Assembly: GCF_964204645.1 (NCBI RefSeq)
Contig: NC_134029.1
Location: 10,070,850-10,134,849, forward strand
DNA: 64,000 nt
From: Tubulanus polymorphus
Taxonomy: Eukaryota; Animalia; Nemertea
Reading direction: 5' to 3'
Part shown: positions 11,137-34,767 of the stretch, piece after piece
Layout of the letters: every line of letters begins with the position of its first letter
Position numbering within the stretch: position 1 is the stretch's first letter
Notes under the pieces: generated by a model
Told to the model about the DNA's origin: nothing
The model's input: only the letters and a program-made list of their open reading frames with translations
Database searches by the model: none
Program-made: the position numbers and the translations under genes

Positions 11137-14100
11137 TCGGTTTATGCCTGAAGGACAAAAATTAGTAACGCATTAGTTATACAATTTTTAGAATTAATAT
11201 TTTGTCCCTTTAGTTTAAATTTGCAGGCCATTCATGGCAACCGGACAACAATTGAAAATTTGGCACCAAAAATTATCCGATACATGAAGGTGTCCCGAGT
11301 TCAAATATGTTTGGTGCCAAGCTCTAACGTTTATTTCCCACTCGGGTGAATTGCTCAAGGACTATATCGACCGATATGATTTTCTGAAGGGAATGGCAGT
11401 AGGTCGATAACGGCTGTTACATCACGTCAGCTGTTTGTAGCGTATGTATGTAGTCTTATTCACTAATCCTAAAAAATGGAGGTCAGCAAACACATTCACC
11501 TATACCCAATAATCTAACAGAGAGAATTTTTCACCAAATCATTTCAAACCATCTAGATCATATTCCACCTTACATAGTCACGTTTTATTTCCGTCGCATC
11601 AACAATGTCAGGTTTATGACAGTGCTTTCACCAGTAGGCTCCTATGGAAATGATTTCTATTTAGGCTAATTCACTGCATTGCCAAGTGGACTTCATTTTA
11701 CATCATTCATCCATTCATCTTTAACCAGAGGGTCTCAATGATGGGTAGTTTATCATTAGCAGAGAATCGACCAATTGGTTGAGGGGTTTCGATATTCATT
11801 TGATTTTATGATTTTTTTGTGGCAAACAGAATTAAGGCGACATTTGTTTAGTGTATACCAGCGGGTCGATCATAGAGAGTTGTTTATAGAATCTGGACTC
11901 CTTACACCATATAGACATTTCCGTACATTTTTTTTACATTTTATTTGGGATCAATTTGGGATATTTGTGCCATATCTCAGACAGCGCGGTTTGAATGCAG
12001 AAAAGATGAAAATAGTGTCCCCTACAAGTCCCGAAAGAAAGTCTTATCATTGTAGTCGTTGACCCTTAAATCCCGTGCTCAAATGTGTTCCCGAGAACCT
12101 CGGGATGTGTTCTCCTCAAAATCTTACCTTTTAATCTATATTCAAATATATACGATATATAGGATACCCTTTTTTATCGACATCAGAATGAACAATGTAT
12201 TTTTCTACTGTATGATTAAATGCGATCATTTTCCTCTGGTACATTAGATGGTCGCAAAAAGAAATTATTCTTAAATGAAAATCAAATTCATGATTAATAT
12301 TGGTACATTTTCAATTCGGTTCGACCTGGTATGTGGAAAAAGTTACTTAAAGGGCTGATACAAACTATGTATGTTATGGGTGAAACCTTCGGGGCAATAT
12401 TGATCACACCTAGCCGATGTCTTTGGCCATAAACGAATCCATTTAATTTGTCAATTTTTCCATGCGGCCTGTACAGTGGTATACTGTCATTCTCATTCAA
12501 CTACATCATTTGATAATTTTTGTTATGGAATTCAACTTATATTAGGATTTCTACCTAGGGGGATAACAGGGACATATGGCAACTTAATAAACCTTTGTTC
12601 ATTCCATCATAAGACAGCGAGCTTTAAAACTTCGTTAAACCATCATAAGACAGCTTTTAAAATGTTTTATAGGGATACCCTCAGTAGTTGTACTAAATGA
12701 ATAATCATTTCGAAATGCGATAATAACGCTATAATCGTATGGTCACCAGAGGAAAAACTACTCCGTCGATTAATATGCACCGTATTTGACGATATGTATG
12801 GTAAAGTTACCTTGGATTCGAAGTATATGATTCGACTAATTCTAGATTATTACCAAACAATCTCGAAAACACGCGTTTCATTTAATCATTGTATTGGATT
12901 TCTATTCTACAGGGAGTCGTATTACCGCGATTGTGGCTGCGATAGAAATGTTCCCGATGGAAATGCGAACCTTGGTCAGCTTCTTATATTTTTCGTCTGG
13001 TGGGCTGGTCCTATGATGTTTATGGATCTACTGGCTTACTTCATTAAAGACTGGCACCACTTACAGTTTGGCTTTGGGTTTTATTCCATTCAATTTCAAT
13101 GATCAGCTTCTGGTAAGTGTAGAAACTATTCGTTTATGCATTGGTATATGAATAGTACAATATAGATGATTGAATATTGATGATCGATAACGTTTCTTTT
13201 TTTTAAGATGAATATATCGATAATTGAATTGACCGACGACCAGTCCAGCCCCAATATTGTCATGGAATCAGATTGATTACAAAATGAACGTCCAGGTTCG
13301 CAATTCTAATTGTTATTTCGAAACACAAATATTGATGTCGTGTGCACCGGCTCCTTAAATAACCAATACATTTTGACCGCTTTTCACGGCGTCAAAAAAA
13401 TTAAAGATTCAATCACTGTCTATTAAGAGGCATATGTTTTAAGTATCGAGCCCTAATTAGGGTTTTCTGTTGCTCTTGCAGAAAACCCTACTGAAGTTCT
13501 TCGGATTCGATGGGTATCAATGCAATGGTCAACATTATTAGTCAAACATGATTGAATAAAGCCGGTGTGTATAATAAAGTTTGTAAGAATTCAGTCTACA
13601 ATGTCGAAGCTTAGAGTAATCCTCTGAATCATGTGAAAAACGACCGAGAATTAACTGATTAACAAAGAATTCATAAACTTATTCAAATCAACGTTGTAAA
13701 TCAGTACGTTAATTTGATAACAACAAATTTCCAATTCATTTCGTTTTGCGTTGTGTCCCCAATAAAATCTAAGCGCTTGAAAAATGCTTAGATTCCACCG
13801 ATTAGATGACAAAATTAGAAACCGCCGTTTAGGGCTTGAATCTATACATACATTGGCCTATCGATTTCGATTTCGAGTTAAATTCTATCGAGTAAAGTGC
13901 CTGCTTGAACCCTGTGATTTTGAAGGTAATATGAGGATCATTGTAGTTGTCCCAGTGATCATATCAGGTTCGAATCCTGACAATAAACAATCTGTTTTCA
14001 TTTCAACAATTCCCTTTTGTGCAAGAGCACAATAAGTCAAGAAGTTTAAGGCAAAAATACATAATAGCCGCCTTGAAGTTATATTAAATCTTTCGTTCGC

Positions 14101-14537
14101 CTGGCCAACGGTCGAAACAAGCACGCCTTTCAGGTAGATTTCTACCACTCAACCCGGTTGGCAAACGTTTGATTTTAGAAAAATCTGAAAACGTCCCCTC
14201 TGCCTGAGGGATATTTTTCCAGATTTTTCCACACGGCATTGTCTATCATGGCAGGTTGTGTACAGAACCAGTGCCATGGCTTTTGGCCAACGGCAAATTA
14301 GAGGAGACAGAAAATATTGTCAAGCAGGCCGCCGGAATAAAAAAGTCGAACTGCCTGAACATCCATTCCATCAATCCTTGGTAATGAATGAAAATGAGAA
14401 CGAATCAAAGTGCGGAGTGAAGGTAGAGTATTTCTCTTTCACTGGGTCCTTTGATGACCTGCTAAAGATGTCTTGTGCCCACGGAGACCATAGGTAACAT
14501 AACTCCAGACAGGAAACGAATATGTAATTTAGTTTTA

Positions 14538-14760
14538 TTGCCCGTGAATTAAGTAGGATCATTTAAAAATGTATGAATATTATATAATGCTATACTGAAG
14601 AGCTGAACCCGTGGATGTCACAGTTAACAGATAGAAAACGAAATGTAGAGAAGTTAAATTGCCCGCAGATTAAGTAAGATTATTTTTAATGTATACATAT
14701 ATTCGAATATGCGGTACTGAATTGCCCGTGAATTTAATAGGACCATTTGATAATGTATCA
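14538..14760 (+). repeat. Degenerate direct repeats (TTGCCCGTGAATTAAGTAGGATCATTT..AATGTAT, three copies)
   Basis: Copies at ~14538, ~14659 and ~14722. Confidence 0.6.
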
Positions 14761-17466
14761 AAATTACCCAGCTACAGCAGTGGAGGCTGCAGGTAACAGA
14801 ATCTAAGATAGTTAACCAAATCTGTTTATTAATCAGTTAAAATATTATTCCCACGCGGAAGTCTAACTAACCTCTACTAAAAGTAAGGCGTCGTATAATC
14901 GCTCATAGACGCAACAATACGCATACGTTTGCAGTCTTGTATTGATAAGTACCATTGACGAATTCATTTTCTTGAATAGCATGAACTTTTTCGAAATCAG
15001 ATATAAGGTCAACAAGATGAGTCATATTCTATGCGCCATTGATTTTCTTGAGAAAAAATATTAATGAAGATTCGAAAGTTACTACTTACGTTTTCTAGTA
15101 ACTGATGTAACGCAATGGAGATTTTATCTTTCCTTCCATCAAGTTCTTCATTTCTTAACAGCCAAAAGATTGCGATGACAAAGCGGTGTGTGTTGTAAAT
15201 CCGCTACTAAGAAAATTATAATAATTATTTTACCCTTATTTCGCATCCATTACTCCAGAAAATATTTCTCATCATTTTGTCTTTGTGGTCAGCATTTAGA
15301 TGCCTAAGATGTTTTAACGATCATCTACTAGTTCATGATTGTATTATTCGGCGACATTGAATAAATACATTTTAGGTTCATGAACAACATTATCTACTAC
15401 GACATCACGTTCATGTCGCCTAGTTTGACGGACAGCAAATACTTGAACGTTTTCCTCAGCGCTCTCGCCGAATTGCCTGCTTGCGCCACGTGCATATTAA
15501 CACTAGAAAGTTTTGTTTTTGGATTTTCTATAACCGCAGAACCTGCAATGATCAATGACTGGGTCTTATATAACGTCGGATGCTAGAAAATTTCTTTCAA
15601 CGCTGCAAATCTACTTCTTATGATTAAAATCGGACGGGAGAAAATATAGATAATTGATCATTGAAACTATTGACATCCCTATTCTAATAAATACTACCAA
15701 TAGATACGATTAGACTAAACAAAGGTAGCCATTCTATTCAACCTTGTCGTAATTTGTATATTTTTCTCGCAACAAGACCATTACTATTCTGTGGATTATT
15801 TTACTCACAAACTTATTCGGAACTTATATGATTGAAAGTGCTTATGACGAGTCAGTGGAAGGTATGATACGCGGTGTCGCGATTTTACTTTTCACGGTGG
15901 AAAATCTAAATGTTAGACGCAAGAAAAAGACAATTTAAGCTGCCAAAATTATTGTTTCCAGAAAAGAGTGGGAAAATGCTATGGCTGCAATTATAGAGGA
16001 TTTGAAAACAAGGAAATTGAACCTGGCATCATATTGCCACTGGCTCTCAGCGTTTGATGCGTTGGAGACATGTAGAGCAGTGGAAGCGCAGCACCTCGCT
16101 CAGTACTTAAAATAACAAACTCTGAGCGCACTTTAGAAAAAGTTGCAATTAGCCGAGTTCTTTTCAATCAGTCCATAACGCAGAAAGTTAGTTTTGTTCG
16201 CCACATTCCATCTATTTCGTTTCGTTATTATTTTCATGACGTATATATAACCGCATTAAAACCGTTATAGGATCATGGGTCAATTTTTCCACTTGTCATG
16301 AATAATACTTAAAATCAATTCAGTAGTTTGAAATCACGAAAGGAGTTATCTATATGTTTCAGATTCAGGATAAGAAAGCCGTTGTGTTTCTTTCACAGTT
16401 TAGCAAGGGGTACTTTATTCATACTCGTGTTCGTGCCCCATGAGAACGGTAAGGAATCGATTGTAGTTGTCAGCTTTCTTAGCCTTGTAGGTTCTACGAG
16501 AAAGGAAAAGAAAGTATGGCCTGGTACGTTAGAAATCAATCACGAATAAGAATGTCAAAACTCGTGCGCACGTTCGAACGAATTTCTGAAATAAATTGCA
16601 ACATTAGATATTTTGCTCCGAAATGGGCTAGGTTTTATCTGGGAAAATCAAAATGTCGCAAACGTGAATTACTTGAGTCTGATACTTAAACAGATATAGC
16701 ATGTTCAGTTAATGCAAGTCTGGCATGCAAAACTTACTGATTCTACTGTGGCCGTTACGTATTTAACAATCAAAAACAGTTTCCAAATGAAAATAAAATG
16801 TTGTTGGCCGCATTGCTCTTCCGTAGATTAGTAGGGTATACTTCCATTGTAAACTGGAGGAGTGCGTTGAAAGAACCAGTGATAGCAAATTTAGTAATGA
16901 AAGTCAAAGTGATAGCCACGTGAGGCTTGTACCATCAGCTGAAATGAAAAAAGGTTGCCTTACTCATTTCAAAGGCACTTAGAGAAATTTTGCGTTATAT
17001 CTGAAATTGAATGTAAATTTCGTCATGTTTGCAATTACAATTTACAATTACGATTCCAATTAGTTAATTTACTCCACAATTATACAATTGCACAGAGCAC
17101 AAAATTAATTTACAATATACATTGCAACATTTAACATTAGAAATGAATTAAACAGTTGCGTATATCCAATGCTAGTTTTTTAAGGGTTTGGCATTTTGAG
17201 TTGAACAATTTGTACAACTTAACGCTATTGGGGAATCTCCAATAGCGCTCCGGGATGTATCTTTAGCTCTGTATCCCTGGAAGTGCGGGCAGACGAGTAA
17301 AAAGTGATATTCGTCCTCCATCGCCTCTCAATCCCACTTTTGGCACAGCCTATTGACACGTCGGGCAATTCCACGCCACCACCCAACTTCCACCGGTAGC
17401 CTGTGAGCTAAGCATCTAAATCTACATTAAGTTAACCTGTCCCTAGGAGGTAATTGAGTTAAATAC

Positions 17467-18268
17467 TTTTCCAGTTTAAAAAGTCGACTTTTCGAGTTAT
17501 AAAGTTGGCTTTTCGACTTTAAAAAGTCGACTTTTTGGGACTCGTACAAAACCGTCGCTATATAGCGATTTATCGACACAATTAAGTCGATACATCGCGT
17601 TAATGTCGTGGTATCGCGAAAACTTATCACGGTAAATCGTGATACGGATCATGACTTAAACTTTTGTCGATAAACTTTATCTCGACATTACCGTACCTTC
17701 GACATTATTACCACGAGTTAACCTAAAAATGTATGTCAATTTATTGAGACAATATCGCAAAAAGTCGACATAAATATCACGACATTGTTAAATTGATAAA
17801 GTATACTTATTTATATCGATATATTGAGATAGCTGACCTAATTCTTGTTCATAGAATACTTGAACAGTTTCACTAAATCTAGCCCTCAAACACTGAGAGA
17901 TACCTCATCGAATTACAAGATACAGGGGGTCTAAGGGCATTAAGGGTGTTCTCCCTTATTCCTACATCCAATTTCAAACTAGTGTAATTCTTCAGCCCTT
18001 CATCTCAAATACAAATGGTTACATATTCAATTTAATTTTTCAGATGGTTGGCACATCACAGGGCTTTAGGGGCCATATACTCCTTGAGATTTCTGCCTGT
18101 ACCCCCCCCCCCCCCGTTTTACTATGGGCCTTAAGTGCTCGTCCCTTAATTGAAATTAGGTCAGCTATGTCAATATATTGGGTCGAACAACTATCACTGC
18201 CGGCGGGCGTACGGACGAGCGAAAATATGACTTTTTAAAGTCAAAAAGTCGACTTTTTAAACTGAAAA
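17467..18268. mobile_element. Inverted-repeat element inside pseudogene B
   Basis: CAGTTTAAAAAGTCGACTTTT at the left end and AAAAGTCGACTTTTTAAACTG at the right end; GTCGAC/TCGA-rich interior. Confidence 0.55.
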
Positions 18269-19081
18269 TTAAATGTTGTTGGCCGCATTGCTCTTCCGGT
18301 ACTAATCACAGGAACACAAATTCATTAAAAAAACATCTTCAAGCATAACGATTCTATCGAGTGTTCATATTACGCTAGCAAGGCGACGTAATATTATTTT
18401 CGATAATTGATTTTGGAAATATGTTTTTTCTTATATTGATGATTATGATTACATGTACATGTCGTTTAGGAACACTAGTTTGGGACGATTTTCGGGCATG
18501 GTTGCACCATTCACAATTCCATTGGTAACTTAAATTCATATTACCTTCGATGATTTTAGTGCTTGAGGAATCTAACTATGATCGAACCGATGAAGTTATT
18601 TTGTGAAAAAAGAACACATGCATATATTGAGTTAATTGAAATTTGGTATCTGTTTTCAGGTTAAGATGATGCCATGGGTGCCTGTTCTTACTACTACAGA
18701 CCGTAGAAGAAACGGAAAAATGGGACGTGCATACTGCCAGGGGTCTGGCAAACTCATGCTACCATTGCACTGAAGGTCTATCGGAAATTGAGAACACGAC
18801 ATGTTCCGATGACCAAACGGACGTGTGTAGCCAATTTCCATGGCTATAAAATCTTAATCACTGATAGGGTTCTATTTCATGGTGATATGGGTGTTGCGTA
18901 ATTACTTAAGTATATACAGTAGGCCTTTAAACGGAGTCCTTGACACGGTATAAATATAATCATGTCGATTTGAATGCACACAGTTTTCATGAAAACGAAA
19001 AAAAGTTATGTGCTACGAACGATACAATGCTGAACAACCATCGGCGGGACCAGTTCATATCACACTCACCATTCAAAATGC

Positions 19082-19330
19082 CTAAGTAAGCTCATAGTCA
19101 TTTGGCACATGCTCATGGTCATGTGGCCTGGTCCATCTACCACTTTCTATCATAAGGTCGTGGCTTCCACAGCGGAATTTACTGAAAGCAGTTATTAAAC
19201 GAGGGTCATTGATAGCAAGGTATCTCTCGTAGGTAATTGATGATTTTAATTGCATATAAATATAACATTTGCTGCTGGTTTCAATAGAGTGAGATAAATT
19301 GGTCTCTGAGTCTTTGCTCGACAAGTTTTA
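19082..19330 (-). mobile_element. Non-LTR retrotransposon (LINE) ORF2 C-terminal fragment
   Basis: Translation SSKCYIYMQLKSSITYERYL..ITAFSKFRCGSHDLMIESGRW resembles the post-RT 'R.SSH.L.IE.GR' region of LINE ORF2. Confidence 0.7.
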
Positions 19331-20542
19331 TAAGAAAGGTGGCATTTATAGTGGCATATATAGTCAGAGTAGGGGCTAAAATATCGGCTGCTGTAATCAG
19401 AATTTCGAGTAAGATATTGTCTAATGCGGGGGATTTGCAACATTTAAAACACTTCATGGCCTTGAGAACCTCACCATTAGTAATTGGTATATCCAGTTCA
19501 TGCGAACTAGCTATCGAATATTCATTGCATTCATGTGTAGGCCTATGAACTCAAGTTTCGTAGACATCGAGATGAATACATTTAATGGTAACGCCCCCTA
19601 GTGTATGTGATATTTTCTTATAATCTAAACATCGTAGGTTACATACAGGGTATGAACAATCTAGATACCAACTTATAAGTAAAGTATATTCAAGGCAATT
19701 TACTGTAGTGCCCCTGGTGGAAAGAATATGAACTTTGTTATACAGCTACGTACCTGTAGAAGGAGAATCGTGTACTAATTTGAAATTTGTATTGGACACT
19801 TCATGGCACTTAAGTATATATCAACTTTTAAAAAGATATCTTCAAGTTTAACAAGAACAGACGTTTTACTATTTCGCCTCGAATCAGCCGGAATTGATTT
19901 CGATTTAACTTAACTTAAGGTACCAAGTTGTGGAAATGGCTGAATGTGTGTAGTTCATATTAACTAATTTATAGTTTTAAAAGATACATGGATTGTATAT
20001 CTAAGGTGTTGCCACCAAGAAAAATATTCTATTTGTTTAGAGATAAGCTGCTGTATCGTGCAAACTGTCCTCTGAGTTGTCTACATAAAATACCAGAAAA
20101 TTTTCATAAAATGATCTTGAAATTTTTCCGTTTCTACACGGTGCCAAGACGCATGCCCTACCAACTGCGCTATTGGGACTTGCAAATTAAATGAATTCAA
20201 TATCAATCAACCAAACCTAAAGATAACAATATTCAGAACTGGGAACTCTCATTCGACCGTTCTACCATCACGGCGACAACTATCAGAACGACCTTGACAC
20301 CGATAAAAACTGGAACGCGCAATATAACCTGATCGTTTGTGGAACAGTCTTTATTGTTCTACAGAAATTGCCTTGACACTGTTTCCTCGCAATTGTATGG
20401 TCACGAAAGAACCCGTCCAAAGGACGGGTTTTATGATTGAATTTGAGTTGATCATTCTGCTTCAAGAGTATTTTTCTATCGTAAATTATGGATTGTCCTT
20501 CCTATTCGTTTGATTATCAGATTAAATTTGATGTCCCTTACA

Positions 20543-20912
20543 AGTGGTATTCGAAAAACGCCTGATGAATCACGCCGAATCGGAAAACGTATTTCGCCTA
20601 ATTCCTAGAAAATTGATAATCCAGTCAATGTAGTATTCAGCGACTCTCACAATTCAATTAAATTTCATCCAATTTCATTCATTAGCTGAACAACGAATGA
20701 GAGACTTTAACAAAACTTGGTTTTTAGCGTTGCTGAAGACTTTTTAGACTTATCCTCAACCATGATCCGTACCTCAAATCCTTTGAAATTGCAAAACCTA
20801 CGCGAACAATATGTTTCACGAGTTTTTTTAGAACTTAAGCCGATTTACTGAATTTTCTAGTAAGGCGTTTTCTGTTTCGGAATTTTTCATTTGGCGTTTT
20901 TTTCATGCCGCC
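20543..20912. mobile_element. Degenerate MITE-like element
   Basis: Imperfect ~60-bp inverted repeats (AAAAACGCC..GAAAACG..CTAGAAAATT / AATTTTCTAG..GGCGTTTTC..GGCGTTTTT). Confidence 0.4.
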
Positions 20913-22909
20913 TTACCTCGCCACATCAGAGAAGTTTGATTGTTTAATCAGAATTCGAAGTACAGATAGCTAGATGGGCGGTCAAATTTCAAGGATTTTC
21001 TCAAATCGAAGTACGTATATAATTGGAAATTTTGTCACGTTATTGTTTCAACTAACATAATAACCTTAGGAGCTGATGCGCTATCAGCGTGCAACGAGAA
21101 AACTACAAAAAGATATTCGAGGCATCTGAAAAACTGATGCAACATGTGGCAAACGAATGCGCCGAGATCCTTTCGTTCGTTCATTGGGCATTTTAAGACA
21201 TTCTGAAAGATCTTTGGGGTATTAGGCCTAGATTTCGTATTACGTCCATTCACAAAAAAATGAATAATACAATGCAATTAGAGTTGTCAGTTATAAGGGA
21301 AAACACCAGAAGTTGATTTTTTCGAATATTCAATTAAAATCACCGAAACTGGTCATACTTTAAAAACTACCCTTCGGAAATTCTCGGTTCAAGCGATCGA
21401 TCAAACTGAATATATACATCTTACCGAAGAACAACATAATGCTGGATCCCTTTAGTTCACTAGTCCAGAATTATATCTGGAAAATATATCTAATTTCAGA
21501 CCAGTGTCATAGAATGAAATGCCTCCCATTATTCCCCCTTAAATAGGGTGTATTCCTTAAATCGATATCAGGATTAAGGTTTAGGGTTAGAGTCAGCACC
21601 CAATGACTCATCACTAAATCCGTCTATATATTGTTGCTCCCCATCTCCGTGGGGAGCATCTGATTCTATGCGTCGGTTTTATTGTATAAGATTGTATAAA
21701 AACGACAATTTAGTCCTTGTCCCACGAGTATGAACGGCATAAATAGGGCAATAAAGATAATTGAACAGTTTTCAGGAGATTGCTCATCCAAGAACAATGC
21801 TCATTTTCAATCGAAACAAAATATTTATGCAGTAGCTGTTTATATGTAGGTCTGTAAACAAAAACAATAATAGCACTGACCTCGATTGTCATTTTGATAC
21901 CAGCCCATGATAATTTCAGCAAGATTCAACAGCGAGTTTTAAAACCACTTTTTCTGTAAAAACAATTATCACACAGCTAAGTATTCTTTGATGAAAATAA
22001 GGTGAACATCAACCATGATAGAGATTTTATCATTGAGAAATTGACGATACGGCATCTCGAAGAAACGGCCGCCAGCTCGTGTCTATAATGACCCTGATAT
22101 GGATCAATTGAGCCATTAATTACTACGCAAAGCCTATGACGCAATTCACACGATTGGTTTTCTTTCAGCTGTAGTATGACGCTTAAAATAACAGGCAATC
22201 ATTTTGGAACATTTTATTTTGCCCGCTGTTTTGATTCGTTCACTTCGATACAATTCTACCAACGTTTAAGAGTCGGATGTGGATTTATATGATTCCCTTG
22301 TCCTACGGGAGGGCAGGAATTGGTTCCCAAAAAGCCTCTTCATAGTATATAGATCGTTTGACTCGATGGATAATGCAGTTAAACTCATTGGATGCACGCA
22401 GTTAACTACAACGATAAGGAATTATGGGAAATATAGAAAGCAATTCCCTGAAAAGATAATCGATGATTCGATCCGCTATCCTTTTGATAGTCTTCATGCA
22501 TAGCAATTGAGTCAATGTGACAGCTTGCCAATCGGTTCTGAGCAGACACTGATATCAAACCGTCCTAGCTATCATAAAAAGGAGTATTTCGATAGACACG
22601 ACGAGATACTAGCAAATCACTAAGAGGTGCAAAATTTACGATTTCTAACACCAGATGGATTCATGAAAATGCATGCGCAGTATCGTTAGATAACTACAAT
22701 GCCTGAATATTAATGGACAATTTCTATATGGAATAGCGGTATGTTCATTATCATTCTTAAGATATGAAAACGATCATGATTTGAATCCTAAGAAAGGTAA
22801 CAAGGTTTTCTGCAAAGAAGCAAAATATCGTAAAAATATCACGTATGCAGTGGGTCCGCAGTGCACGAATCAACCGGGTACGCAGTGCATGGTGCAACAC
22901 ATTCGGTGG

Positions 22910-23021
<112 letters not shown>

Positions 23022-25496
23022 CAATGAAATTCATTGAATGATTGATGACGTGGTGCACATCGACTCACTCGTTACCCTTAAATAATGCATAGTAATTAGC
23101 AATGTATAAAAACATTTTCGTAATGGTTTTTACGGCGTCAAAAAAATCTCCCGAACAATGATTGCAATGGAAGGGACGCGGGTGTTAAAAACATGCCGCT
23201 TTGAAGACTGAGCATTAAAAAATCCTCAATACCAATATTATCTATATATGAGAATGACCGATTCCCCTTAGTTTTTTCTTTTCACACACCCTGTTCTCAC
23301 TTGACTGTGACTTCTTAACAAATGTGTTAGCAACGGTAGTTACGAAAGTCGCATGTACTTAACGGTAGGTCCTAATTAAATCGCTAGAAATTGTGCCTTT
23401 TGAAACATTTCCAGATAAAGAAAGACCTAAATCAAACTAAGCACAAAGGCGGTACATTTTCTAGACCCCATACTTAGAGTCATTAACCGCAAATTGACCA
23501 GTTGTTCGAAAACAAGCTTGAACTCGGAATATAATCACTATATCCCACTCAATATATTTTCATACATAATTATTCAAGAGAAACGATCTATTGCCCTTTT
23601 CGGTCGTAATGACGAACTTTTTTACAATAGCCATATAGCTGGTGGGATCTGCCTTGGGATATATCTTATCAGTATCAGTGTTATGTGAAGGGGTTTTCTA
23701 ATCTCAAAAACTTTATTGTTTTGCTGATTTTTTACATGTACATATTAATCACATAAAATAGACAAGTTATCAATGATTAACGAAAGTTGTAATTTTCGTA
23801 TAGTTGGGTAACTCACCGTGATTTGATTTCATAAACGAAATTAAGGGGTCATTGTCCAATTGGTATTCCAGACTTCCGCAAGGCTATAATTTGCTGCTAA
23901 ATCTGCACATTTTCGAGTTTGTTAATTGCAAAACACTTAGGAATGAATTCATGTTCAATATTCAGCACTGAAATTCCATTTGATAGAGTTTAATCATCTT
24001 AAATATGCTTTTCAGGGATACCTCTCCGCGATAACAGGCATTCGAATGTTCACACTTGAATGTAATAGATTTATTAGAAAATGATTTTTGAGGATATTTC
24101 TATTTAAATGAGACACTTAATTCTTTGAGAAGCTTGAATTTTTCTGCTTGTCGGGACTAATGAGTCCCGACCCGAGGTTTTCCTAAGCAACTGGGTCATT
24201 TTTGAAATGGCACTGTCCTCCTCTAGATTTTCTTTCGCTCCTAAACCATAAAAAACACCAACCAAAAAAACGATTGCACTTGAAGTATTATTCTGGCCTG
24301 ATGAGGAATACATTTAATTCTATCGCAGGAATGTTTTATGATTCGGAAACTGATTTGGGCCATATCATGAAAGGACGTGGCATAAGTAGAGTTAATTAAT
24401 TCATTTCTTAGAATACTAAACATTTCAAATAGTTCGTATTCGTATATATACACGCTTGAATGTGCATGTGTTTCACTGCCTCATGCAGATAAACAAGGTT
24501 TTTGTGTTATGATTTCAATCATTAGGAAAAAAAACACAGTTCCAGCGAACGAAATTTCCTCTGTGCACTATTCATCCTGCTGCAATTAGCCAATTTGGTA
24601 TTATTCTACAGATTATTTTTCGCTCGTTGAAAAATCAATGCTTTCAACGTGACGGCTTCACAATTAGGTCAAAGCACATCATGAAAACGGCTGAATAATC
24701 CCGAAGAGCAGACGTTGAGGCACTTTGAACAAACCTCACAGTGGTGGTTTTTGTACTATTGTCTACCTGAAAGACTAGGGCTGGTTTTATTATTCTCGTA
24801 CATGAATGCATACATTTCGAAAATGTAATTAAAAGGATCTATTCTTAACTCAAACGGAGAGCACCACGCATATAGTTCACTTCTTTCCCTACGTTGACGT
24901 TGTCAGGAAACATTAATCCTGAAAAGATTGCCGTTTAGCCGATTACAAAGTTTTACATATTACTGGTACGTATTTTCTAAATATTGTTTTTTTCGAAAAT
25001 GCCCTTAAATCTATATGATATAATCTAACGAATACTTTTGATAATGGACATATTAATTGAAATTTCATTCTCTAAGTATAGATCATTGATAGATGTAAAT
25101 CAGGGTGTCACGATCGTCTGTTTGGCCTTCGCTGTTGACTGCCGAAAATAAGATCAGCATATAGGCCTGAAAGAAATCTCCCTCGGCCTCTATGCATGCG
25201 CTTTCTCATTAACCTGTTTTATAGTTATAGCATAATGCCACACGATGGGATTCGATATGAAAATATATCTATATCATGTGCGGCATTATATTTCATATCA
25301 TCAACTGTGCAGTTTATTCGGCTAAAATAACACTATAGTCAAGCGCTTTGTTGGCACGATTTTCATAATTTTAGTTTCGGTGTTTCATTTTTGCGCAATA
25401 TGTGCATGCATTAGCCTGTATAAAAACATGAGAATTCGAGTCGATTTATAACGAGCGCTCTCCCGTATATGTGAACAGGGTATAATCGAGGATTCT

Positions 25497-34767
<9,271 letters not shown>

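Larger units (their letters stand above)
10060..18830 (+). pseudogene. Unprocessed SLC22 pseudogene, copy B
   Basis: Collinear exon remnants at 10060-10170 (16 nt shorter than exon 1 of A/C, early TAG), ~12320-12508 (acceptor AG>GG, frameshifts), 12913-13112, 14255-~14422, 15162-15287, 15376-15510 (donor lost), 16363-16448, 18470-18524 (deletion) and 18660-18830 (large deletion). Exons 2 and 9 were not found. Confidence 0.88.

Noticed and set aside
13935-13985. tRNA gene suggested by a GGTTCGAATCC B-box
   Set aside because: No cloverleaf or A-box could be built; at most a SINE remnant.
21575-21595. Telomere-like TTAGGG motif
   Set aside because: Only one or two degenerate units.
24144-24166. 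Perfect hairpin GTCGGGACT-aatg-AGTCCCGAC as a terminator or ncRNA
   Set aside because: Eukaryotic context with no other support; probably part of a repeat.
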